DNA of 11,445 nucleotides from NCBI GenBank assembly GCA_039638295.1, contig JBDIWJ010000047.1, positions 1-11,445 of the forward strand, written 5' to 3'. Position numbers and translations under genes: made by a program. Under the pieces are notes generated by a model, which saw nothing but the letters and a program-made list of their open reading frames with translations, had not been told where the DNA came from and did no database searches. This stretch comes from Candidatus Phoenicimicrobium oleiphilum. Lineage in GTDB: Bacteria > Atribacterota > Phoenicimicrobiia > Phoenicimicrobiales > Phoenicimicrobiaceae. Shown here in pieces: positions 1 to 7,415 of this stretch (its first letter is position 1; every line of letters starts with the position of its first letter).

Positions 1-2
1 CC

Positions 3-926
3 TTAGCTTTTATCCCGGCTTTATTAGGATTAATTCCTATGCCTGCCGGGGCGATGTTTTCTGCTCCTATGGTTAAAGAAATAGGAGATCGAGTAGGGCT
101 TACCCCAGAAGAAGATACCTTTGTAAATTATTGGTTTCGACATGTTTGGGAATTTATCTGGCCACTCTTTTCAGGGATGATATTATTTGCTGGTTTATTA
201 AGAGTAGAGATTCGAGAAGTTATCCTGGTTCAATTCCCTTTGACCATCACTGCGATAATAGTAGGCTTCATTTGGGAATACAAAAATTTAAAAAAAGATA
301 TTACGGTTATCAATAAAAGAGATATTTTGATTAATTTAAAAAATTTACTTTATGGAATCTGGCCCATTCTACTGATTATAATTTTAGTACTCGGGATAAA
401 AATAGATATATTGATTTCTTTGGTAATAACTATTTTATCTATATTTTTTTTAAACACCAGTAAATTAACCGTAACCGAAATAAAGGGAATTATGAAAAAT
501 AACATAGATTTGGGTGTGGTACTTTTAATTGCTGGCATTATGATTTTTCAAAGAATGCTTCAGGTTTCGGGGGGAATAGAATTAATTCCGGAAATATTTG
601 CTAAATTAAGAATTCCCTCTTTTATTGTTTTGTTTAGTATACCCTTTTTTATTGGGATAATGACTGGCTTAAGTCCTGCAGCGCTGGGAATAAGTTTACC
701 CGTCCTTATTCCGATAATAATTGTTAAAGGAGAAGCAAATCTATATTATGCTATGTTGGCCTATGCCGGCAACTTTGTGGGAATAATGATTTCTCCTATG
801 CATTTATGTTTAGTAGTGACTAAAAATTACTTTAAGGCGGATATTGGGAAAATATATAAAATGCTAATTCTGCCATTAATAATAATTGTTTTGGTTACCA
901 TTATGTTGGTTATAATTAATACATAA
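3..926 (+). CDS. DUF401-family integral membrane protein (putative transporter), 5'-truncated by the window edge
   Basis: The frame is open from base 3 (LAFIPALLGLIPMPAGAMFSAPMV), so ATG 39 is internal. Motifs GLIPMPAGAMFSAPM, NYWFRHVWEFIWPL and ISPMHLCLVVTKNYF plus many hydrophobic helices match what I recall of DUF401 proteins. Confidence 0.8.
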   Translation, partial: LAFIPALLGLIPMPAGAMFSAPMVKEIGDRVGLTPEEDTFVNYWFRHVWEFIWPLFSGMILFAGLLRVEIREVILVQFPLTITAIIVGFIWEYKNLKKDITVINKRDILINLKNLLYGIWPILLIIILVLGIKIDILISLVITILSIFFLNTSKLTVTEIKGIMKNNIDLGVVLLIAGIMIFQRMLQVSGGIELIPEIFAKLRIPSFIVLFSIPFFIGIMTGLSPAALGISLPVLIPIIIVKGEANLYYAMLAYAGNFVGIMISPMHLCLVVTKNYFKADIGKIYKMLILPLIIIVLVTIMLVIINT

Positions 927-983
927 TTAAGAAAATTATAAATATGGCTGGTTGTATATATTATAAATGAGGTGAGAGTGAAT

Positions 984-1787
984 ATGAGAAAATCGCCAAA
1001 AGAAATAGAAATTGAAAAGGAGATATTAAGTAGATTAAGTGGGAAGTCAGCTATAGCAGCCTCATTAATTTTTAATGATGAAGAAGCACAGGCTATGCAG
1101 AATTACGCCAACACTGTTTCTATAAAAAGGCTGGGTTATAATGACCATGGTCCGGTACATATGAGAAAAACTGCCCTAAATGCTTTAATTATGTTTAATT
1201 TATTACACGAAGCCGGGATTAAATTTAGCATAGAAGAGGAAAATATCGGCTCTGTAGAAGATAGCAAAGTGGCGGTATTAATATCATCTTTATTGCACGA
1301 TGTTGGTATGTCAGTAGGTCGGGAAAATCATGAACTGTTAGGAGTTGTTTTTGCTACCCCCATTATTGAGAGAACTTTAGTTAAAATTTATAATACAGAT
1401 ATTGAAAAGAAGACTATTATTCAATCTTTAATCATTGAGGGGATTGCTGGTCATATGGCTACACAAGATATTCATTCCTTAGAGGCTGGCCTAGTATTAA
1501 TTGGGGATGGATGTGATATGGAGAAGGGCAGGGCACGAGTTATTTTTCTCTTGTCCCGAACTCCTAAAGTAGGAGACATTCATAAATATTCTGCTAATTC
1601 TATTCAAAGAGTAGATATTATCCAAGGAGAAGAGAAGCCCATTAGAATTATCGTGGAAATGACTGAATCAGTAGGTTTTTTTCAAATAGAAGAAGTACTT
1701 TTCCCTAAAATTTTGTCCAATCCAGTAAAGCCTTACGTTGAGCTTTATGGACGAGTAACTGGAGAAGAAATGCGTCGCTATTTATAA
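984..1787 (+). CDS. HD-superfamily metal-dependent phosphohydrolase (COG3294-like)
   Basis: RLGYNDHGPVH, LLHDVG (HD dyad), RENHE, GHM, DGCDMEKGRAR and IHKYSA motifs. The start is placed at ATG 984 because GAGGTG at 969-974 is a well-spaced RBS (ORF track uses GTG 972). Confidence 0.85.
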   Translation: MRKSPKEIEIEKEILSRLSGKSAIAASLIFNDEEAQAMQNYANTVSIKRLGYNDHGPVHMRKTALNALIMFNLLHEAGIKFSIEEENIGSVEDSKVAVLISSLLHDVGMSVGRENHELLGVVFATPIIERTLVKIYNTDIEKKTIIQSLIIEGIAGHMATQDIHSLEAGLVLIGDGCDMEKGRARVIFLLSRTPKVGDIHKYSANSIQRVDIIQGEEKPIRIIVEMTESVGFFQIEEVLFPKILSNPVKPYVELYGRVTGEEMRRYL

Positions 1788-1921
1788 ATTCGTATCTTGG
1801 GAAGAAAAGAAAAAAAACCGATTTTTTGCTCACGATGTTCAATGCCTAATATGTGCTTAGGACATTTACTATCGGCCAATTAGTAAATTGGCAGATGAGT
1901 GAATTAATATATGGAGAAAAT

Positions 1922-3415
1922 ATGCAAAAGAAAAATCTTTATTATCAGAGTACACGAGGGGGCAATAAAAAAGTTTTATCTGCAGAAGCAATTATCAAAG
2001 GAATTGCTAATGATGGTGGATTATTTGTCCCCATAACTATTCCTCGGTTAAATCAGGATTTTAATAAGATAAAGGGTATTGATTATAAAACATTGGCCTA
2101 TATAGTAATGAAAGAATTTTTTACTGATTATCATAAAGATGAACTGATGTATTGTATAAATCAAGCTTATGACAAGAAATTCGATACCGAGTTTATTGCC
2201 CCACTTGCCAAAAAGATGGGGGTATATTTTTTAGAGCTTTTCTATGGACCCACTTTAGCCTTTAAAGATATGGCTTTATCAATACTTCCTCATTTTTTAA
2301 AAAAAGCAGCCCAAAAACTTAAGCTCCATAAAGAGATAGTTATTTTAACCGCTACTTCTGGTGATACAGGGAAAGCTGCTCTTCAAGGGTTTGCCGATGT
2401 AGAGGGGACCAAGATAATAGTGTTTTTCCCTTGCCAAGGAGTTAGTAAAATACAAGAAAGACAGATGCTCACCCAGGAAGGGGAAAACACTTTTGTCATA
2501 GGTATAAGGGGGAATTTTGATGATGCTCAGAAAGGGGTAAAGGAGATATTTGAAGACATAGAATTTAATAAAAAGATAGCAGAAAAAAATTATATTTTTT
2601 CCTCCGCAAATTCTATAAATATAGGTCGGCTGGTGCCTCAGATAGTATATTATTTCTATGCTTATTTGAGTATGTTAGGTAGAGGAGAAATAAAGAAAGG
2701 CGAAAAGATAAATATAGCAGTTCCCACTGGAAACTTTGGAGATATTTTAGCAGCTTACTATGCCAAAGAGATGGGATTATCGGTAAATAAATTAATCTGT
2801 GCTTCCAATGAAAATAAGGTATTAGCAGATTTTTTCCATACTGGAATATATGATAAACGAAGAGAGTTGGTTGCCACTATTTCTCCTTCGATGGATATTT
2901 TAGTATCGAGTAATTTGGAGAGATTACTATGGGATATAAGTGATAAGGATGCTAAGAAGGTGAAAGAATTAATGAATTCTTTAAGAAATAAAGGCTTTTA
3001 TCAGATAGATTCGGTAATGAAGGGAAGATTAAAGAATTTTTATGGTGGGTTTGCCTCTCAAGAGGAATGCCGTCAAAGTATAAAAGAAGTATTCGATGAG
3101 TCAAAATATTTGATCGATCCCCATACGGCAGTAGCATTTTCAGTGTATAAAAAATACGTTAAAGAAACTCAAGATAAAACGAAGACAGTCATTGTAGCTA
3201 CAGCTAGTCCTTTTAAATTTACTAAAAGTGTGATGGAGTCAATAGATAACCGATATAAAGAATTTGATGATTTTGAATTAATTAAAAAAATGTCCTATTT
3301 AGCCCAAATTCCCATCCCTAAGGCAGTAAGGGATATTAAGAATAAGCCTATTCGTCATAAAATAGTTTGCAGGAAAGAGGAAATGAAGGCAAAGATAGCC
3401 GAGATTTTAAAATAG
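1922..3415 (+). CDS. thrC: Threonine synthase (PLP-dependent, long form)
   Basis: YQSTRG N-terminus, GIANDGGLFVP, GPTLAFKDMAL (PLP lysine), ATSGDTGKAA, SANSINIGRL, VPTGNFGDI, SPSMDILVSSNLERL, DPHTAVA, TASPFKF. Start placed at ATG 1922 after GGAG at 1913-1916. Confidence 0.95.
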   Translation: MQKKNLYYQSTRGGNKKVLSAEAIIKGIANDGGLFVPITIPRLNQDFNKIKGIDYKTLAYIVMKEFFTDYHKDELMYCINQAYDKKFDTEFIAPLAKKMGVYFLELFYGPTLAFKDMALSILPHFLKKAAQKLKLHKEIVILTATSGDTGKAALQGFADVEGTKIIVFFPCQGVSKIQERQMLTQEGENTFVIGIRGNFDDAQKGVKEIFEDIEFNKKIAEKNYIFSSANSINIGRLVPQIVYYFYAYLSMLGRGEIKKGEKINIAVPTGNFGDILAAYYAKEMGLSVNKLICASNENKVLADFFHTGIYDKRRELVATISPSMDILVSSNLERLLWDISDKDAKKVKELMNSLRNKGFYQIDSVMKGRLKNFYGGFASQEECRQSIKEVFDESKYLIDPHTAVAFSVYKKYVKETQDKTKTVIVATASPFKFTKSVMESIDNRYKEFDDFELIKKMSYLAQIPIPKAVRDIKNKPIRHKIVCRKEEMKAKIAEILK

Positions 3416-3454
3416 TCGATGGTGAATAGTTGTCAGTTAGTCGTTAGCAGGAAA

Positions 3455-3476
3455 GGTGTATGAAATACGCCCCTAC
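3455..3476 (-). repeat. GTAG-type REP-like hairpin downstream of thrC (possible terminator)
   Basis: The minus strand reads GTAGGGGCGTAT-TTC-ATACACC: a GTAG tetranucleotide followed by a GC-rich imperfect hairpin. On + it is followed by TTTTATTT. Confidence 0.45.
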
Positions 3477-3623
3477 TTTTATTTCCTGGAACCTGAATTT
3501 TACTCGTTATAGTTTTACCGCTTTGAACCTTTCGTTTTAAGATTTTAGCTGTATAAAATAATAACCAACGACTGAAAATTTATATTTAATGTTATCTACT
3601 AATTTATAAAAGGCGAAAATAAG

Positions 3624-5285
3624 ATGAAAATATCTTTCTTAGGTGCTACCAAAATAGTAACCGGGTCTAATTTTTTAATCGAAACTAAAAACAGCAAATT
3701 TTTAATAGATTGTGGAATGTTTCAAGGGAACAAATCGATTAACAGGATGAATTATTACCCTTTTAGCTTTAACCCTGAAGAGATAGATTTTATGGTCCTC
3801 TCTCATGCCCACATAGACCACAGTGGAAGGATACCTAAGTTAATTAAAGAAGGATTTAAAGGAGACATATACTGCACCAAAGCAACCGCAGATTTATGTT
3901 CTATTATGCTTCCTGATAGTGGCCATATTCAAGAGATGGAAAATGAATGGGATAATCGCAAGAGAAGAAGGTCAGGGGAAAAATTGAGAGAACCTCTATA
4001 TACTGTAAAAGAGGCAGAAGATAGTTTAAGATATTTTAAGCCAGTTTTGTATGACCAGAAAATAGAGTTAAACGAAGAAGTTGCTTTGAGATTTAGGGAT
4101 GCCGGTCATATATTAGGTTCCTCTATAATTGAACTATGGATCAAAGAAGACAACAAAGAAGCCAAGTTAGTATTTTCAGGAGATTTAGGCAGAAGAGATA
4201 GGCCTATTTTAAGAGATCCTTTTCTCATTGATGAGACAGATTATTTGATAATAGAATCGACTTACGGAAATAGATTGCACCCTCCTTCAAAAGATGATGC
4301 TATAAAACTAATTTCTATTATAAATACAACTGCCCAAAGAGGTGGGAATGTGGTAATCCCTTCTTTTGCAATAGAAAGAGCCCAGGATATAATTTATGAA
4401 TTGAATAAATATTATACTGAATATCTTAAAACTGTGAACCAGGATTTTTTAAAGGTGCCCGTCTATATAGATAGCCCTTTAACTGTTTCTGCTACTGAGA
4501 TATTTTTACGAAATTCTGATTGTTTTGATGAAGATACCTTGAAACTTATTAAGATAGGGAATAATCCTCTGGATTTCCCAAATTTAAAATTTACTAAGAC
4601 AGCAGAGGAATCCAAACAGTTAAATACCTCTAAAGAGAGCAAAGTAATAATTTCAGCCAGCGGAATGTGTACTGCTGGAAGAATAAAACATCACCTAAAG
4701 CATAATCTATGGAGAAAAGAGTCCAGTATTGTGTTTGTAGGATATCAGGCAGAGGGAACTTTGGGCAGAAGGATAAAAGAGGGTGAGAAGGTAGTTAAAA
4801 TATTTGGAGAAGAAATTCAGGTAAATGCAGAGATTTATTCCTTGGAAGGTTTTTCCGGGCATGCTGATAAAAATGGGTTAATGTGGTGGATACAGAGCTT
4901 TAAAAGTAAACCCAAAAAAATATTTATAGTCCACGGAGAAGAGGAAGCAACTGAAGAGATTTGCCGGAAGATTGAAGAAGAGTTGAATATCGAAGCCCAT
5001 ATTCCTGAATTAGGAGAGGTTCTGACTATTGAAGGGGAAAGAATTTTGGTGGGTGAAAAATTAAAAGTAGACAGAAAAGAGAGAGAAAATAGAGAATTGA
5101 AAGAAAGTATTAAAAAACTAAAATCAGTCTTCTGGGAAGTATTGCAAAGATTAGAGCATGAAACCAATAATGTAGCAGATATTGAGAGATTAAATAGACT
5201 TCGGAATAAGCTAATTGAACTCCAAAAAAATATATTAGATTTAAATATGATGCTTACTGAGGGAATGAATAAAGAAAAAGATTAA
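3624..5285 (+). CDS. Metallo-beta-lactamase / beta-CASP fold ribonuclease (COG1236/YSH1-like) with a C-terminal helical extension
   Basis: VTGS, LIDCGMFQG, SHAHIDHSGRIP, AGHILGS, FSGDLG, ESTYG, IPSFAIERAQ, SASGMCTAGRI, GYQAEGTLG, FSGHAD, VHGE: all MBL and beta-CASP motifs are present. Confidence 0.93.
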   Translation: MKISFLGATKIVTGSNFLIETKNSKFLIDCGMFQGNKSINRMNYYPFSFNPEEIDFMVLSHAHIDHSGRIPKLIKEGFKGDIYCTKATADLCSIMLPDSGHIQEMENEWDNRKRRRSGEKLREPLYTVKEAEDSLRYFKPVLYDQKIELNEEVALRFRDAGHILGSSIIELWIKEDNKEAKLVFSGDLGRRDRPILRDPFLIDETDYLIIESTYGNRLHPPSKDDAIKLISIINTTAQRGGNVVIPSFAIERAQDIIYELNKYYTEYLKTVNQDFLKVPVYIDSPLTVSATEIFLRNSDCFDEDTLKLIKIGNNPLDFPNLKFTKTAEESKQLNTSKESKVIISASGMCTAGRIKHHLKHNLWRKESSIVFVGYQAEGTLGRRIKEGEKVVKIFGEEIQVNAEIYSLEGFSGHADKNGLMWWIQSFKSKPKKIFIVHGEEEATEEICRKIEEELNIEAHIPELGEVLTIEGERILVGEKLKVDRKERENRELKESIKKLKSVFWEVLQRLEHETNNVADIERLNRLRNKLIELQKNILDLNMMLTEGMNKEKD

Positions 5286-5305
5286 AGGTGAGTATAAATA
5301 TACTC

Positions 5306-5340
5306 AATTGGGGGTGTATTAAAATACACCCCCAATTTTT
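5306..5340 (+). terminator. Intrinsic terminator between the convergent nuclease and hsp20 genes
   Basis: Perfect 15-bp inverted repeat AATTGGGGGTGTATT (5306-5320) / AATACACCCCCAATT (5323-5337) running into a T tract. A second small palindrome TGAGTATA-AA-TATACTCA (5289-5306) abuts it. Confidence 0.8.
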
Positions 5341-5346
5341 ACAAAA

Positions 5347-5892
5347 TGTTAAGGGAGTGAATTAAGTATAGTTTTTTATTATTCTGGCTGAATTTCTATT
5401 TCTTTGGGTTTAATTTCTTCTTTTTTGGGGAGAGTAATCTCTAATACCCCGTTTTTGAAGGTGGCTTTTGCTTTAGTTTTATCTACTTCTACTGGCAGAG
5501 CAATTGTTCTGGAATAGGTTCCAAAAGCCCTTTCGCAGCAGTAGTAGTCTTCTTTTTTGATTTCTTTTTCTTCTTTTCTCTCTCCCTGAATAGTTAGAGT
5601 GTTTTCACTAAGAGAGATCTTTACATCTTTTTTATCTACTCCCGGAAGCTCAGCTTTAACCAATATATTGTCTTTTTTGTCAATTACATCAATAAGGGGG
5701 GACCATTCCCCGCCCTCCATCCATCTTCTTCTAGTTAAGCGTCGACTTTCGGGTAAAAGCTCAAAATCAAAAAAATCATCAAAAAGATCTCTCAAGCGCT
5801 TTATTTCTTTTGGTTCCCATGGTACTAAAGGCATAATATCACCTCCTAATATTTTTTAAGTTAATTATGTTTTTATTGTTACTCCCTTAACA
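5347..5892. repeat. Perfect 12-bp inverted repeat pair bracketing hsp20 (5347-5358 and 5881-5892)
   Basis: TGTTAAGGGAGT at 5347-5358 is the exact reverse complement of ACTCCCTTAACA at 5881-5892. Both copies are intergenic. Confidence 0.75.
5379..5834 (-). CDS. Hsp20/alpha-crystallin small heat-shock protein
   Basis: WSPLIDV, VKAELPGVDKKDVKI, LTIQGERK, ERAFGTYSRTIALP, ATFKNGVLEITLPK. Strong RBS AGGAGGTG upstream (about 5840-5847). Confidence 0.95.
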   Translation of the reverse strand: MPLVPWEPKEIKRLRDLFDDFFDFELLPESRRLTRRRWMEGGEWSPLIDVIDKKDNILVKAELPGVDKKDVKISLSENTLTIQGERKEEKEIKKEDYYCCERAFGTYSRTIALPVEVDKTKAKATFKNGVLEITLPKKEEIKPKEIEIQPE

Positions 5893-5905
5893 GAATGGGC
5901 TAAAA

Positions 5906-6241
5906 TTAAAGAATAGTATCAAGTTTTTCTTGTATCTTTTCTTTGGGCATTACTCCAACAGTACGGCCAACTTCCTTGCCATCTTTAAAGACAATCAAAG
6001 TAGGTATACCCTGAATGCCAAGTTGGGCTGCAATATACTGGTTCTCATCAGTATTTAATTTACATACTTTTAATTTACCCTGGTTTTCTTCAGCTAATTT
6101 TTTAATAGTTGGTACTAACATTCGGCATGGCATACACCAGGGTGCCCAGAAATCGACCAATACAGGAATTGAAGATTCTAAAACCTCCTGTTGGAAATTA
6201 CTTTCGTTTACCTCTACTTCTAACTGTTTATTGTTGGTCAT
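5906..6241 (-). CDS. trxA: Thioredoxin (WCMPC active site)
   Basis: PVLVDFWAPWCMPCR, KLNTDEN, GIQGIPTLIVFKDG; 111 aa; RBS AAGGAG upstream. Confidence 0.93.
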   Translation of the reverse strand: MTNNKQLEVEVNESNFQQEVLESSIPVLVDFWAPWCMPCRMLVPTIKKLAEENQGKLKVCKLNTDENQYIAAQLGIQGIPTLIVFKDGKEVGRTVGVMPKEKIQEKLDTIL

Positions 6242-6274
6242 TAATTTATTTCTCCTTTCTTATTTGTAATTTTA

Positions 6275-6694
6275 TTATTTTTGGTTGAAAATTTTAGTGA
6301 TTAATTCTAATCCCTCTTTTATCAATTCAATTTCTCTTAAAGAGAGGTTTTTTCTGATTCTATATTCAAAATTGCTTCTCTCTTGCTCAATCTGTTTTTT
6401 AATTTTAACTCCTTTAGAAGAAAGAGATAGAATGAAAGATCTTCTATCTTCAGGGTTTTCCCTTCTTGATAAGTATCCTTTCTTGACCAAGCTGTCTATT
6501 ATTCTGCTCCCCCTTGAAGGAGATAACCCCATTTTTTTTGACAAAGCATGACAGGAGATTCTTTCTTCTAATCCAATTTCCGTAATGCCTTTATATTCCG
6601 CTAAAGAAATATTGCAAATAGTCCGAATTTGTTCTTCATCTGTCATACATCTTCTTTTTAATTCCAGAATCAAATCTATCAAGTTCTTATCCAT
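6275..6694 (-). CDS. MarR-family transcriptional regulator with three Cys
   Basis: Winged-helix signature LSKKMGLSPSRGSRIIDSLVKKGYLSRRENPEDRRSFILSLSSKG. The start is moved to ATG 6694 because the ORF-track start (6739) lies in the -10 box/operator. Confidence 0.88.
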   Translation of the reverse strand: MDKNLIDLILELKRRCMTDEEQIRTICNISLAEYKGITEIGLEERISCHALSKKMGLSPSRGSRIIDSLVKKGYLSRRENPEDRRSFILSLSSKGVKIKKQIEQERSNFEYRIRKNLSLREIELIKEGLELITKIFNQK

Positions 6695-6710
6695 CCTATT
6701 GCCAACCTTT

Positions 6711-6739
6711 TTGCTATTAGCAATATTTGCTAATAGCAA
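6711..6739. promoter_or_regulatory. Tandem palindromic operator, probable MarR binding site
   Basis: TTGCTATTAGCAA-TAT-TTGCTAATAGCAA is a perfect 13-3-13 inverted repeat whose halves are each TTGCTA-N-TAGCAA palindromes. It lies immediately downstream of the -10 box, over the expected transcription start. Confidence 0.8.
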
Positions 6740-6767
6740 TTATATAGTGTAAGAAAATATTTGTCAA
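6739..6767 (-). promoter_or_regulatory. Consensus sigma70/sigmaA promoter for marR-trxA-hsp20
   Basis: Minus strand TTGACA (6767-6762), 17-nt spacer, TATAAT (6744-6739). An A/T-tract-rich region upstream could act as an UP element. Confidence 0.88.
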
Positions 6768-6870
6768 GTGTTTTTAAAAAAATTTTTAAAAATTTTTTTG
6801 AATTCCCAGGAAATGGCCAAAGAAATTTTCAAAAAAATAATATTTTTTTGGCTTTTTGAGAAATAAACAT

Positions 6871-7012
6871 CTAGTGCTAAGTTAACTAAGGTAGGATAGT
6901 TTTGAGATTGCTTCGCTAACGCTCGCAATGACATAACACTGAGTGTCATTGCGGAGGAAAGCGACGAAGCAATCTCAAGAAATGTAACATACTTTATTTA
7001 ATAGAGCACTAG
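6871..7012. mobile_element. MITE-like palindromic element containing an inverted REP doublet
   Basis: Ends CTAGTGCT (6871-6878) / AGCACTAG (7005-7012) with imperfect complementarity continuing inward. Inner stems are TTGAGATTGCTTCG (6902-6915) / CGAAGCAATCTCAA (6965-6978) and CGCAATGACA (6924-6933) / TGTCATTGCG (6944-6953). The core is GC-rich within a very AT-rich spacer. Confidence 0.7.
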
Positions 7013-7160
7013 TTACAATAATATGATAAAATAAATAAAAATTATTATCTAGCATTGCTTATCATATATGGCGTAAATAGAAAATATTTTTAGAATAAAA
7101 AATTAGTCTCTTTTTACTAATGAAAATGGTAGCGAAATTAATATTTCATTAGGAGGTAAG

Positions 7161-7344
7161 ATGCAAGAAAAACCATTACAATTAGAAAAAAGTTACGAGC
7201 TTATTATAGAGGGCTATTCTCATCAAGGGGAAGGAATAGGTAAGATTAATAATTTTACTGTTTTTGTGCCAGTTTACAATTTTATGTTTCGATATGTTTC
7301 CTCAAACAGGTCATATAGAGTGTATAGCATATTTAGAAAGTTGA
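7161..7344 (+). pseudogene. rlmD: Internally deleted 23S rRNA m5U methyltransferase (RlmD/RumA-type) remnant
   Basis: Strong RBS AGGAGGT, then 37 codons of a TRAM-domain start (YELIIEGYSHQGEGIGKINNFTVFVP, to 7271). In a different frame 7288-7344 encodes FDMFPQTGHIECIAYLES*, the C-terminal motif of RlmD/TrmA-family enzymes. Confidence 0.85.
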
Positions 7345-7415
7345 TTAGTGTCAATTAGTTGTGATGTATTTTTGGTAGATTGAGAAAGGTTTATAATTGT
7401 TTAGAGGAGTAAAAG

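Noticed and set aside
131..538. Short ORFs 131-316 (+) and 350-538 (-)
   Set aside because: They lie wholly inside the DUF401-like gene in other frames, with no motifs or RBS, so they are shadow ORFs.
1788..1921. Possible T-box, riboswitch or attenuator leader before thrC, and the longer GTG start at 1853
   Set aside because: No T-box consensus, Thr-rich leader peptide or U-tailed terminator is visible, only weak hairpins (1841-1866, 1875-1892). The 23-aa extension precedes the conserved YQSTRG start and an RBS sits before ATG 1922.
2234..2270. ThrC has ELFYGPT instead of the usual ELFHGPT
   Set aside because: A single substitution with the PLP lysine and all other motifs intact is not enough to claim altered function.
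2952..6551. Antisense ORFs 2952-3137, 4835-5167, 5599-5859, 6015-6269 and 6285-6551
   Set aside because: All are opposite-strand shadows of well-supported genes, with Ser/Phe/Leu-rich composition typical of antisense frames.
6792..6838. 11-bp inverted repeat ATTTTTTTGAA / TTCAAAAAAAT upstream of the -35 box
   Set aside because: It is made mostly of homopolymer tracts in a very AT-rich spacer, so it is expected by chance.
6872..6880. TAGTGCTAA resembles a CIRCE (HrcA) half-site upstream of a heat-shock operon
   Set aside because: There is no TTAGCACTC partner at 9-nt spacing, and the sequence is better explained as the end of the MITE-like element.
6764..6949. 61-aa minus-strand ORF
   Set aside because: It starts inside the palindromic repeat (SLRALAKQS is the repeat's translation) and runs through A/T tracts into the promoter, so it is spurious.
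7161..7358. Intact stand-alone 65-aa TRAM protein
   Set aside because: TRAM similarity stops halfway through the domain and the RlmD C-terminal motif appears in another frame, so this is a pseudogene.
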